Virus record (IMG/VR): IMGVR_UViG_3300027749_000065 | Span: 1-64,000 of that record | Reading direction: 5' to 3' (one strand) | DNA length: 64,000 nucleotides | DNA from: a virus | Part shown: one piece after another, positions 36,196 to 46,528 of the stretch | Position numbering within the stretch: the first letter of the stretch is position 1 | How the letters are laid out: every line of letters starts with the position of its first letter | Position numbers and translations under genes: made by a program | The notes under the pieces: model-generated | Told to the model about the DNA's origin: nothing | The model's database searches: none | Seen by the model: the letters and a program-made list of their open reading frames with translations, nothing else

Positions 36196-39021
36196 TTCTT
36201 TTGTAAAGGATTCTGAATATTCACCGTCACCCATCACCTGATCTATAATGTTTTTCTTTTTATTCAACATATTATAGATTATTCTTTCTATTGTATTATC
36301 AAATATTGGGTAATAAACCATAACACCCTTTTTTTGACCATATCTGTATGCCCTATCTTCTGCTTGTGAATGTAGTGCCGGCACAAATGCCAAGTCATTC
36401 ATAATTACAACTTCTGCAGCAGTTAAAGTAATACCAACACCACCAGCAACAATATTAGAAATGAATATTTTTATCTTATCTTCATTTTGAAATTTATCAA
36501 CACTATCCTGTCTTTTTTCTTTTGACATTCTACCATCTAATATTACTGAATTTTTTTTATACTTTTCATGTAACATATCCAATGTCATGGTAAAATTGGT
36601 AAAAACGATTATTTTTTTATCTTGTTCTAACGCCTTGTCAATTAATTCACATGTATAGTCTATTTTTTCAAATGAAATTACTTGTCTAATTTTCATCAAA
36701 CGATTAATTGTTACACTAATACTTTCATTATCCTTTTTTTCGTTAGATATTCTCATGAAGTTTTCTAATTCTTCCTCATAATAGGTACTTTTTAACTCCA
36801 AAAAAACTGGAGATATAATCTTCTCAGGTAAATCCAATATATCTGTCTTCATTCTTCTTAAAACAAGGTTTTTTGTACGTTCTCTTAGTTCATCTAAGTG
36901 ACTAGCACCACTAGTGTTCCATATTTTTTTACCATTTACAGTAAACTGAAATCCTTTACAATATCTTTTGACATAACTTTGCCAATTAAGGGTTAAAGGT
37001 GAATCAACGATGCTCAAAAGATTAAAATAATTAATTGGTCTTGATGTCATTGGTGTACCTGTTAATAACCACACTTTTGGAATTTTATCTAAAATGTCAT
37101 TTAATAGTTTAGTTCTATTTGCGGTGGTATTTGAAATCATATGTGCTTCATCCACAATAGCCAAATCAAATTTTTCATTTTCAATTAAATTTAATTCAGG
37201 ATTTTCATTATCTATTGCGTGGTAGTTTTTGATTATATCATAATTAATAATATAAAATTTAAATGTTGAACCCCATTTTCCACCTTCAACAATTAAAACA
37301 CGTTCATCTGAATAAATCGAAATCTCTCTTTGCCAGTTAATCTTTAAAGATGCCGGACAAACAATCAATATTTTTTTAGCACCACTTTCTAAAGATGCGA
37401 TCGTAGCAGAAGTTGTATTATGTGTAACAATCGCATGTTCTGCAACATATAATTTATCTGGAGAATCTACTGAAATACATGTACACTCACTTTCACCATA
37501 TTTTTCAATATTAGTGATATATCTACCCGTTGGATATTTTTTAGGTTCGTTATATAAATCTGATTTTCGTTTTAAACGAAATGGGTTCATACCTGGAGGT
37601 AATTTTATATTTAATCTATATGATATTTTACATTCAACTCTAATTCCATTTTTTTTATAAAAACTTCTTCTTGACCTTTTTCTACAAATACCACCTAAAG
37701 TATGAACAATTTCAGCAACATCATCACATAGTTGTTCAGACACAGTAGAAAATTCAGTTCCATTAAAATTACCATTTTTTGATTTCATACAATGTCCATC
37801 AGTATCCATCAATCCTTGTAATATTGATAGTCTATTTTCAATTGTTGTATATTTGTATATATCAGGTATAAATTTATTATGTGATCGAGTATGTTCCAAA
37901 TGTAGATCGAATAATGAATTTCCAACATTTATATAACCATTTCTTTTGTTATCTTGTGGTTTGTTTTCTTTTAATTTAAATAAACTAAATAAAGAATCAT
38001 AATCATCTTTATGAACAGAAAATTTTATATTTTTATTTTTAAATGACCCATCACCCAATCCAAGTCCTAATAAATAAGGATCAATCGGTAAAATATTTTT
38101 ATTATTAAATTCTATCGGTTTAACAATTGGTATTTGCCACTTATTATTTCCATTTGGGGATTTATAATATGTATTAATTTTGTAATCTCTATCTTCATTA
38201 TAACCACTACCTTTTATTAATATTTCCCCACCTTCAAACATTTGTTTAGTTGATAACACTAAAGATTTTTTCAATCTATCATTTTTTCTATTTTTACCAT
38301 AATTTGGTGATGAAACTGACCATAAATGTTCATCCCCACTTAAAATTGTGTATCCATCATTAAAAGTTATTTTATATGTTTCTTTTTTACCTTGAGGAAA
38401 TACACCAATTACATTACACGGTTTACCATTTGAACCAATTACCTTATCGCCAATAACAATTTCACCCATTTTTTTTACACCTAACTCATTGTAAATCAAT
38501 GTATTATTGTCTAAAAATTTCCCCAAACCCATATCATCCGCCAATATGAATTTATCGTTTGCTAGTAATTTCTCAATTGCAACTTTTTGATGTTCTAATG
38601 GTGGTCTTTTATTAAATCTTGAATAATCAATAATTCTATTTAATTTTTTTTCAGGTTGTACGATTGCTGCTTTAGGTAACCAAAATGCGTGGTTAACTTC
38701 ATGTTCAAGATATTTTCCCCATATATGATATGCCTTATCGCTTTCACATAATAATTTTTCACACCAAATATGTTCCAATTTATCTAATAATAAACGTTCA
38801 TCCATTATTTTTTCAGCAAAAGAATCAACAATTTTTATGTGTTTTTTTGCCACTTTTGGTTCAACATTATGGTAGTTTAAAACATAATCAGATTGTGGGC
38901 GTGACAATTTAAAGTTCTTAACGGACGTGAACTTGTTCTTCAATTCTAATAGATGGTTATTTGCTCCACTATATTCTAATAATATTTCTCTTGCCCTAAT
39001 TTCAGGAATTTTATTATTCAT
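36175..39021 (-). CDS. SNF2/SWI2-family helicase containing an intein
   Basis: LADDMGLGK|T, VDEAH, LTGTP, QAEDRAYRYGQ. Confidence 0.93.
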   Translation of the reverse strand: MNNKIPEIRAREILLEYSGANNHLLELKNKFTSVKNFKLSRPQSDYVLNYHNVEPKVAKKHIKIVDSFAEKIMDERLLLDKLEHIWCEKLLCESDKAYHIWGKYLEHEVNHAFWLPKAAIVQPEKKLNRIIDYSRFNKRPPLEHQKVAIEKLLANDKFILADDMGLGKFLDNNTLIYNELGVKKMGEIVIGDKVIGSNGKPCNVIGVFPQGKKETYKITFNDGYTILSGDEHLWSVSSPNYGKNRKNDRLKKSLVLSTKQMFEGGEILIKGSGYNEDRDYKINTYYKSPNGNNKWQIPIVKPIEFNNKNILPIDPYLLGLGLGDGSFKNKNIKFSVHKDDYDSLFSLFKLKENKPQDNKRNGYINVGNSLFDLHLEHTRSHNKFIPDIYKYTTIENRLSILQGLMDTDGHCMKSKNGNFNGTEFSTVSEQLCDDVAEIVHTLGGICRKRSRRSFYKKNGIRVECKISYRLNIKLPPGMNPFRLKRKSDLYNEPKKYPTGRYITNIEKYGESECTCISVDSPDKLYVAEHAIVTHNTTSATIASLESGAKKILIVCPASLKINWQREISIYSDERVLIVEGGKWGSTFKFYIINYDIIKNYHAIDNENPELNLIENEKFDLAIVDEAHMISNTTANRTKLLNDILDKIPKVWLLTGTPMTSRPINYFNLLSIVDSPLTLNWQSYVKRYCKGFQFTVNGKKIWNTSGASHLDELRERTKNLVLRRMKTDILDLPEKIISPVFLELKSTYYEEELENFMRISNEKKDNESISVTINRLMKIRQVISFEKIDYTCELIDKALEQDKKIIVFTNFTMTLDMLHEKYKKNSVILDGRMSKEKRQDSVDKFQNEDKIKIFISNIVAGGVGITLTAAEVVIMNDLAFVPALHSQAEDRAYRYGQKKGVMVYYPIFDNTIERIIYNMLNKKKNIIDQVMGDGEYSESFTKELLGEIL
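37417..38517 (-). mobile_element. Class 3 intein (367 aa) with LAGLIDADG endonuclease
   Basis: Inserted in Walker A GK|T; begins FLDNNT; HLW, CTCISV, VTHN; LLGLGLGDG and LQGLMDTDG. Confidence 0.9.
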
Positions 39022-39069
39022 AATAAAATATAATAAAATGGAATGACATTTTAAAGTATTTATAAGTAT

Positions 39070-39582
39070 ATGGATAATAAATTACCGATAACTCGTTTGG
39101 GGAAATTCATTTCTGAAGATGATTTTCAACTAAATATTTCAATGGGAGAAGAATATCTTCATGGTGATTTGAATATGAAACTTGTTTTATATAGGGTTGA
39201 TAGACAAAAAACAGATATTGATAATGTTTATGGTGAAGTGGGTATGGATGAAATAAAATATCAACCTCCAGTAGAATTTAATGGATTGGTTAAAATTATT
39301 GAACCAAAGAATAGTTCATATAAAGATGGTTTGGTAAGATATAACGAACCTGGAAATATGACCATATCTATTTATATTAAACATTTAAATGAATTAAAAA
39401 TTGATATAAAATATGGTGATTATATAGGTTATTCTGAATCTGAAACTAAAACAAGATTTTATAGTGTTATAGACGATGGTAAAGTTACATCAGATAATAA
39501 ACATACGATGTTCGGTTATAAACCTTTTTATAGGACTATAACTTGTTCACCTGTACAAGACGGAGAATTTAGAGGAGTATAA
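39070..39582 (+). CDS. Head closure/neck protein (gp14-like)
   Basis: DNVYGE, IKYGDYI; position before the tail terminator. Confidence 0.6.
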   Translation: MDNKLPITRLGKFISEDDFQLNISMGEEYLHGDLNMKLVLYRVDRQKTDIDNVYGEVGMDEIKYQPPVEFNGLVKIIEPKNSSYKDGLVRYNEPGNMTISIYIKHLNELKIDIKYGDYIGYSESETKTRFYSVIDDGKVTSDNKHTMFGYKPFYRTITCSPVQDGEFRGV

Positions 39583-39583
39583 T

Positions 39584-40819
39584 ATGGGAACACCAAAAAG
39601 AAAAACGAATATTAAAATATATTCTGAAAAAATTTTAACGGACAGAAGACAAGAATTATTAGATAATATCACAAAAAATGATCCATATCTACCTGATAGT
39701 ATATTGCACGATGATTTAGATAGAGGTTTATTAGATTATGTTATTAAAAACTTTAAAGTGACATCTGATGGTAAACAAATACCTATTATAGAAAAAATAT
39801 TAACAATACAAAGATGGGCAGAGTTTACAAATAATTGGGAATTTTCAGATGAGGATGGTATTGTTCAATTACCATTTGTGTCAATTATTAGAAAACCAGA
39901 TGTACAATTTGGTACAAATCCATCTGTTCAAAGAACAATACCTGATAGGCATCAATTTTATTATTCTATTGTACAAACTTGGAATGGTAACGAGAAGGGT
40001 GCGGATGTTTATAAAATACCACAACCTATACCTGTTGACATTACATATGATGTTACAATTATTTGTAATAAATTTAGAGATGTTAATAAATTTAATAAAA
40101 TAGTTTTACAACATTTTGCATCAAGACAAGACTATACAATTGTAAAAGGACATTACATTCCAATTGTTCTTGATAAAATTGAAGATAATACACCAATGCA
40201 GACTTTAGATGGTCGTAGATTTTATGTCCAAACATATCAATTTACAATGTTAGGGTTTTTAATTGATAGTGAAGAATTTGAAGTTAAACCGGCAATTAGT
40301 AGAGCAATACTAATGGATGAAATAGTTACTGAAAATAGACCAAGTAAAATTATAAAACAATCGGTTATAGATATTACAATCGTTTCTTTTAAAGGAAATG
40401 GTACTCAAATAATATTCACTGTTGGTGAACCTATTGGTGTTTTGTTTAATGTTACAATAAATGGGTTAACTCAAAGGGATGGTGTGGATTATTTTCACAT
40501 ATCTAATTCTTCAAGAATATCATTCTCAGAACCACCACCATCAAATAGTACTATTGTAATAACATATTATAAAGGTAGAAATCCATCAATGACAAATACT
40601 AATGGAGTGATCTTAAATTATAATTTAGAGTATTTTACTTATAATGGTTCTACATTAACATTTAATACAACTAACCCAATTGTTAGTGTTATTTTTTTAG
40701 AAATTAATGGTTTAATTGAAGTGAAATCAATTGATTATAATATTTCTGTTTTAGGTGTTATAGAATTATCACAACCACCTATTATTGGATCAGTTATTGG
40801 GGTGGGTTATTTATATTAA
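39584..40819 (+). CDS. Tail terminator (gp15-like) with C-terminal Ig-like repeats
   Basis: LPFVSIIR, PIPVDITYDV; two NGL.Q/E..DY beta-sandwich repeats. Confidence 0.6.
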   Translation: MGTPKRKTNIKIYSEKILTDRRQELLDNITKNDPYLPDSILHDDLDRGLLDYVIKNFKVTSDGKQIPIIEKILTIQRWAEFTNNWEFSDEDGIVQLPFVSIIRKPDVQFGTNPSVQRTIPDRHQFYYSIVQTWNGNEKGADVYKIPQPIPVDITYDVTIICNKFRDVNKFNKIVLQHFASRQDYTIVKGHYIPIVLDKIEDNTPMQTLDGRRFYVQTYQFTMLGFLIDSEEFEVKPAISRAILMDEIVTENRPSKIIKQSVIDITIVSFKGNGTQIIFTVGEPIGVLFNVTINGLTQRDGVDYFHISNSSRISFSEPPPSNSTIVITYYKGRNPSMTNTNGVILNYNLEYFTYNGSTLTFNTTNPIVSVIFLEINGLIEVKSIDYNISVLGVIELSQPPIIGSVIGVGYLY

Positions 40820-40974
40820 TCATCACCATATAAATCTTTTTTTATTGGTTTACAATGTTGTTCTATCCATTTTTCAATGATTTTATGGATTTTTAAACCA
40901 TTTTTTTCACAATGACTTTTTAACATTGTATGATGTTTTTCACTTATCTTAACGTTTTTTTGTTTGTTTTCCAT
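40816..40974 (-). CDS. Ribbon-helix-helix DNA-binding protein (52 aa, not in the ORF track)
   Basis: MENKQKNVKISEKHHTMLKSHCEKNGLKIHKIIEKWIEQHCKPIKKDLYGDD. Confidence 0.7.
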   Translation of the reverse strand: MENKQKNVKISEKHHTMLKSHCEKNGLKIHKIIEKWIEQHCKPIKKDLYGDD

Positions 40975-40993
40975 ATAAAATATATTAAAAGAT

Positions 40994-41021
40994 AAAATAA
41001 GATAGTTTATTATCTTATTTT
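40994..41021. promoter_or_regulatory. 11-bp inverted repeat, candidate operator
   Basis: AAAATAAGATA-GTTTAT-TATCTTATTTT between the divergent RHH and sheath genes. Confidence 0.5.
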
Positions 41022-41101
41022 TGGAATATAGTAAAATCTTTGATAAAAATAAAGATATTTATTAAATAAGAAATAAAAATTTTAAACAAACAAAAAAATC
41101 A

Positions 41102-44023
41102 ATGGCAAATTCAAACAGAGTATTCGTTTCTCCGGGTGTGTACACATCAGAGCTCGATTTAACATTTGTGGCACAAAGTGTTGGTGTCACAACACTAGGT
41201 TTAGTGGGTGAAACTTTAAAAGGTCCTGCATTTGAACCTATCTTAATTTCATCTTGGGATGAATTTAGAACATATTTTGGAAGTTCTTCACCAGAAAAAG
41301 ATGGTGTTGGAAATCCAAAATATGAATTACCTTACTTCGCCAAATCTTATCTAACAGAAGCGAATCAATTATTCGTTACAAGGATTCTTGGGTATACAGG
41401 GTATAAACCAGGTCTTTCTTATGGTATTAAATCACTAGGTGGTATTAATCTTGGTACATATAGTGGTTATACTAATGGACTTACAATGTCAGGTACTAGT
41501 ACTACGATTACCGCATCAACAATTTATAATGAATTATCAGGTAAAACAAATATAGGAAATGGTTTATCAGTTACAAATTATATTGTTAGTAAATATAGTG
41601 GAAATACATCAACAAATCATAATGACTGGTTCACAATAGGACTTATTCCGTCAGCGAATATTCCTAATAATGGAACTGAGGTTAAATCACCATTTACTGA
41701 TGATTATAATTTGAATAACAAAAACAATAAAGAATGGTATAATGTATTCTTCCATAAAACAGGTTCGACTGACTCAACAATAGATGGGGTATATTCATAT
41801 TTATTTCAATATAATTCAGGTACATCAAGATTTGATGTGACAAGATTTATATATTCAGCATCGCTTAATACTGATTATGACAACATAATTATTGCTTGTT
41901 TAAGATCAAGAGGTCATTATGTGACAAATAAATTAAAATTAGAAGTTACTGGATTAACAAGTGTTAGTTTATCATCAGTTAATGATATAACAGTTAACCC
42001 ATATCAAGATTTCACTATTAGTGTTACGGGTTCAACTGGTGGAAATAAATCATTTACATGTAACATAGATAATACTTCGTCTAAATCTTTAACAAAAGTA
42101 TTAGGTACAGAAGTATTTGATAGGGATTATTATGATCATCCATTATATGTTCATGAATATTATCCAAATTTATTGAAGAATGCTTATCAACAAGGTTATA
42201 TTAGAGGTTTAAGTTTAACAATCGTAACAAACGATGAGCAAGATGGTTTTTTACCAAGTAATGGTGGTTATAAGGCGTTTGATACCCCAGCATCACCAAT
42301 GGTTGTTTCTGAGGTAAGAGGTGGTAAAGTATTAGATTTATTCAATGTAATAACAATATCAGATGGTAATGATGCAAATGAACAAGTTAAAATTACGATC
42401 CAAAATATCAATACAGATAATGGTGAATTTGATTTAATTGTTAGAGATTTTTATGATACTGATTCAAATCAAGTTGTACTTGAAAAATTCTCAAGATGTT
42501 CAATGAATCCTGACGCTCCGGGGTATATAGGTATAAAAGTTGGTACATCAGATGGTCAATATCCATTATTGTCAAAATATATAATGTTAAATTTAGAACC
42601 TAACGCACCTGTTGATTCAATTCCAGCTGGTTTCAGAGGATTTGTTAAAAATACAATATTTGGTACATCATATCTTGGTGAAACCATATATAAAACAAAA
42701 TATTTTAATCCGGGTGATACAATTTATTATACCGCAGACGGTACTCCAAATATATCATCTGGAGATAAAATTAGAAATGTAACATTAGGTTTATCTTCAT
42801 CTGATGGTTTTTCATATGATGCTGATTTATTTAAATATAAAGGGTCACATGCTGCAGGACAAACATTTGGTTTTCATTTATCTGTAAATGCGTCAGGTTT
42901 AACTGCAATATATGGTGCAACAGGAACAACAGGAACAACATATAAAACAACCCCTTATGATTTAGAAGGTCAAACATCAGGATCAACAGGTGTTAATATG
43001 TTAACAAAATTAGCAAATCGTAAATTCACATTTGCAGTGTGTGGTGGTTTTGATGGTTGGGATATATATAGAAGTACAAGAACATATGATGATGGTTATA
43101 TTTTTGGTAAATCAACATATACTAATAGTAATATAAACAATGGTGGTGTGTTTAACGTAACAAAAGGTAATTCTGATTATTATGCATATTATGATGGTAT
43201 AAAAACTTTTGCAAATCCAGAATCAATTGATATTAACGTATTTGCAACACCTGGTATTAACTTCTATAATCATAGTTCTTTAACAAATCAAGCGATTGAA
43301 ATGATTGAAGTAGATAGAGCTGATTCATTATATGTTATATCATCACCTAATGAAAGTACTGCGGACGGTGTAATTGGTGATATCATGGATCAAGAATATG
43401 ATAGTAATTACTCAGCAACATACTGGCCTTGGATTCAAATTAAAGATGTTGATAATGCAACTCAAATATATATCCCACCAACAGGTGAGGTATTAAGAAA
43501 CATCGCATTAACTGATAACATTGCTTATCCTTGGTACGCATCCGCTGGTTACTCAAGAGGACTTGTTAAATCAATTAAAGCAGTTAAGAAATTAACATCT
43601 GATGAAAGAGATAATTTGTATAAAAATAGAATTAACCCAATTGCAACATTCTCCGATACTGGTACAATTATTTGGGGTAATAAAACACTTCAAGTTAGAG
43701 AATCAGCACTTGATAGAATTAACGTAAGAAGATTATTATTAAGAGCAAGAAAGTTAATCTCAGCTGTTTGTGTAAGATTATTATTTGAACAAAATGATGA
43801 CCAAATTAGACAAGAATTCTTGAGATTAGTTAATCCAATTCTTGAAGCAATTAAAAAAGAAAGAGGTTTAACTGATTTCCGTGTAACTGTTTCTAATGAC
43901 CCTGCTGATATTGATGCAAATACATTGAGAGGTAAAATATACATCAAACCAACACGTAGTTTGGAATTTATTGATGTAGAATTTATCATAACTCCAACAG
44001 GTGCTTCATTTGAAAACGTGTAA
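41102..44023 (+). CDS. Tail sheath protein
   Basis: VSPGVYTSE, KGPAFEP, YWPW, PWYASAG..RG, INPI, WGNKT, RINVRRL, IKPTRSLEFI. Confidence 0.96.
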   Translation: MANSNRVFVSPGVYTSELDLTFVAQSVGVTTLGLVGETLKGPAFEPILISSWDEFRTYFGSSSPEKDGVGNPKYELPYFAKSYLTEANQLFVTRILGYTGYKPGLSYGIKSLGGINLGTYSGYTNGLTMSGTSTTITASTIYNELSGKTNIGNGLSVTNYIVSKYSGNTSTNHNDWFTIGLIPSANIPNNGTEVKSPFTDDYNLNNKNNKEWYNVFFHKTGSTDSTIDGVYSYLFQYNSGTSRFDVTRFIYSASLNTDYDNIIIACLRSRGHYVTNKLKLEVTGLTSVSLSSVNDITVNPYQDFTISVTGSTGGNKSFTCNIDNTSSKSLTKVLGTEVFDRDYYDHPLYVHEYYPNLLKNAYQQGYIRGLSLTIVTNDEQDGFLPSNGGYKAFDTPASPMVVSEVRGGKVLDLFNVITISDGNDANEQVKITIQNINTDNGEFDLIVRDFYDTDSNQVVLEKFSRCSMNPDAPGYIGIKVGTSDGQYPLLSKYIMLNLEPNAPVDSIPAGFRGFVKNTIFGTSYLGETIYKTKYFNPGDTIYYTADGTPNISSGDKIRNVTLGLSSSDGFSYDADLFKYKGSHAAGQTFGFHLSVNASGLTAIYGATGTTGTTYKTTPYDLEGQTSGSTGVNMLTKLANRKFTFAVCGGFDGWDIYRSTRTYDDGYIFGKSTYTNSNINNGGVFNVTKGNSDYYAYYDGIKTFANPESIDINVFATPGINFYNHSSLTNQAIEMIEVDRADSLYVISSPNESTADGVIGDIMDQEYDSNYSATYWPWIQIKDVDNATQIYIPPTGEVLRNIALTDNIAYPWYASAGYSRGLVKSIKAVKKLTSDERDNLYKNRINPIATFSDTGTIIWGNKTLQVRESALDRINVRRLLLRARKLISAVCVRLLFEQNDDQIRQEFLRLVNPILEAIKKERGLTDFRVTVSNDPADIDANTLRGKIYIKPTRSLEFIDVEFIITPTGASFENV

Positions 44024-44043
44024 AATTTAAACATAATAATTTT

Positions 44044-44079
44044 AAAAAACCTTTTAAGAAATTCTTAAAAGGTTTTTTT
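44044..44079 (+). terminator. Terminator after the tail sheath gene
   Basis: AAAAAACCTTTTAAGA-AAT-TCTTAAAAGGTTTTTTT. Confidence 0.85.
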
Positions 44080-44142
44080 ATTTTAATACTTTTTACTATA
44101 TTTATGTATATAGGTTAACGTTACCATTAAATATATTTTACC

Positions 44143-45666
44143 ATGAAAATAGAATTAAAATGTAAAAATTGTAATGAGTCATTTATGACTGATTTTAAAT
44201 TTAGAGATAAAAGTTTTTGTAATAGAAAATGTTATTTTGAGTATGCAAATGAAAATAAGTTACTGGGTAATAAGAAAAATGAATCAGTAAGGGAGAAGAG
44301 AATTTGTGTTCAATGTGGAGATGAATTTTTGGAGAGAAAAAAATATGAAAGAAAATTATGTTCTGAAAAATGTAGAAAAGAATGGAATATTACTGAGGAT
44401 AATAAAAATGACAGAATAAAAAAATCAAAAGAATCGATGATTAATAAATATGGTGTTGATTGTCATTTTAAAACTAATGATTTCAAACTTAATGTTAAAA
44501 ATTTAATGTTTGAAAAACATGGTGTTTATCACCCAATGGAAAAAAAAGAATTTGTTGATAAATTAAAAAATACCTTTCGTGAAAATCATTTACCAAAATT
44601 AATACAGGAATTAAAAACAAATAATATAGAATTAATTGATGATTACATAAATAATAAAGATAAAAATACAAGTAGAACATATAATTTTAAATGTTTAAAA
44701 TGTGATAATATATTTTCAAGTACATTATTAGGTTCTGGTAAAATACCTATTTGTAGAAAATGTTATCCAATAATTAAAAACTCATCTATAGAAGTCTTTA
44801 TTAAAGATTTATTAAATGAAAACCAAATAACACATGTAGATGGTAATAGAAAAATTTTAAATGGTAAAGAAATTGATATTTTAATTAAAGAAAAAAATAT
44901 TGGGTTCGAAATAAATGGTAATTATTATCATTCAGAAATAAGTGGAGAAAAAGACAAAAATTATCATATTAATAAAAGTAAAATATGTTATGATAATAAT
45001 ATCAAATTAATACATATATATGAAGATGAAATAATGTTAAAATTTCCGATAGTTAAATCTAGAATTAAAAATATATTGGGAATTTCTGAAAATAAAATAT
45101 ATGGTAGGAAATGTATTGTTAAAGAAATCGATAAAAAAACAGCATCTAATTTTTTAGATAAAAATCACATACAAGGTAATTGTGTCGATAAAATTAGATT
45201 AGGTTTATTTTATGAAAACACATTGGTTTCTATTATGACATTTTCAAATAAAAGAAAAGTATTAGGTAATAAATCCGCAATAAATGAATTTGAATTAATA
45301 CGATTTTGTAATATAATTGATTCAAATGTAATTGGATCATTTTCAAAATTATTGAATTATTTTATTAACAATTTTTCACCAAATAAAATTATTACATACG
45401 CAGATATTAGATGGTCAGGTTTAAATCCTGAAAGTACAATATACAAAAAATATGGTTTTAAATTTATAGGTACAACACCACCAAATTATTGGTATTTAAA
45501 TAGAGAAAATTATTTAAATAGATACCATCGTTTTAATTTTAGAAAAGATATTTTATTAAAAGAAGGATTTAATAAAATTCAAACAGAATGGGAAATTATG
45601 AAATTAAAAAATTATGATAGAATTTGGGATTGTGGATCAATGAAATTTGAACTAAATTTATTATAA
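44143..45666 (+). CDS. Free-standing homing endonuclease, Hef-like
   Basis: Zn ribbons, EIDI..GFEINGNYYH, NHIQG, YADIRW, RIWDCG. Confidence 0.8.
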   Translation: MKIELKCKNCNESFMTDFKFRDKSFCNRKCYFEYANENKLLGNKKNESVREKRICVQCGDEFLERKKYERKLCSEKCRKEWNITEDNKNDRIKKSKESMINKYGVDCHFKTNDFKLNVKNLMFEKHGVYHPMEKKEFVDKLKNTFRENHLPKLIQELKTNNIELIDDYINNKDKNTSRTYNFKCLKCDNIFSSTLLGSGKIPICRKCYPIIKNSSIEVFIKDLLNENQITHVDGNRKILNGKEIDILIKEKNIGFEINGNYYHSEISGEKDKNYHINKSKICYDNNIKLIHIYEDEIMLKFPIVKSRIKNILGISENKIYGRKCIVKEIDKKTASNFLDKNHIQGNCVDKIRLGLFYENTLVSIMTFSNKRKVLGNKSAINEFELIRFCNIIDSNVIGSFSKLLNYFINNFSPNKIITYADIRWSGLNPESTIYKKYGFKFIGTTPPNYWYLNRENYLNRYHRFNFRKDILLKEGFNKIQTEWEIMKLKNYDRIWDCGSMKFELNLL

Positions 45667-45686
45667 CACCAATAGGTGACTCATTT

Positions 45687-45723
45687 AAAAAAGACCTTGA
45701 TTTATTTCAAGGTCTTTTTTTTT
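45687..45723 (+). terminator. Terminator
   Basis: AAAAAAGACCTTGA...TCAAGGTCTTTTTTTTT. Confidence 0.85.
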
Positions 45724-45764
45724 ACTTTTTTTTATAAAATTAATTTATACTGGACCATTATAAA

Positions 45765-45829
45765 ATACTAGAACTAGATATACTAGAACTAGATATACTA
45801 GAACTAGATATACTAGAACTAGATATACT
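45765..45829. repeat. 4.3 x 15-bp perfect tandem repeat ATACTAGAACTAGAT
   Basis: Direct reading; intergenic, no spacers. Confidence 0.95.
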
Positions 45830-45957
45830 GGGTACCTAACAAATATAAATAAAAAAATTCAAATAAAAAAGTATTAAATAAAATAAATAAAATATTTTCA
45901 AAAATCACATATTTATAATAAAAGAATAAAATAAACTAAAACAAAAAAATAAAAAAA

Positions 45958-46446
45958 ATGGCAGATTTATTAATGAAAATGCCGGTTCCATATGAACCGT
46001 TAAGAGTAAACAGATTTATATTGAGATTCCCAACTTCATTAGGGATTAATGAATGGTTTGTTACTTCAACATCAAGACCTAAAGCAAAAATAAATTCAGT
46101 AGCAATTCCATTTTTAAATACTTCAACATATGTTGCTGGTAGATTTGAATGGGAAGAAATGCAAGTTACATTTAAAGACCCAATTGGACCATCTGCATCT
46201 CAAGCATTAATGGAATGGTTTCGTTTACATGCGGAATCAGTAACAGGACGTATGGGATATGCTGCTGGTTATAAAAAAGACATTGAACTTGAAATGTTAG
46301 ATCCAACAGGTGTTGTTGTTCAAAAATGGATACTTCAAGGTACATTCATGACAGGATTTGATGGTCAAGCTTTAGATTACTCAAGAGATGAAATTGCAAC
46401 TATTCAAGTAGGTTTACGCCCGGATAGATGTATACTTGTCTACTAG
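45958..46446 (+). CDS. Tail tube protein (gp19-like)
   Basis: EP.R.NRF, AGRFEW, YKKDI.LEMLDPTG.VVQKW.LQG.F, LDY. Confidence 0.9.
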   Translation: MADLLMKMPVPYEPLRVNRFILRFPTSLGINEWFVTSTSRPKAKINSVAIPFLNTSTYVAGRFEWEEMQVTFKDPIGPSASQALMEWFRLHAESVTGRMGYAAGYKKDIELEMLDPTGVVVQKWILQGTFMTGFDGQALDYSRDEIATIQVGLRPDRCILVY

Positions 46447-46488
46447 TTTTTTACAAAAATATATCTATCGGGTTTACATTTTACTATT

Positions 46489-46528
46489 ATTTCCATATAT
46501 TTATCTAAAAAGGTAGATATATGGAAAT
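46489..46528 (+). promoter_or_regulatory. Start-codon-sequestering hairpin with internal late promoter
   Basis: ATTTCCATATAT-TTATCT-AAAA-AGGTAG-ATATATGGAAAT; ATG 46521 lies in the 3' arm. Confidence 0.8.

Noticed and set aside
45765-45829. Possible CRISPR array
   Set aside because: Units are head-to-tail 15-mers with no spacers, and no cas genes are present
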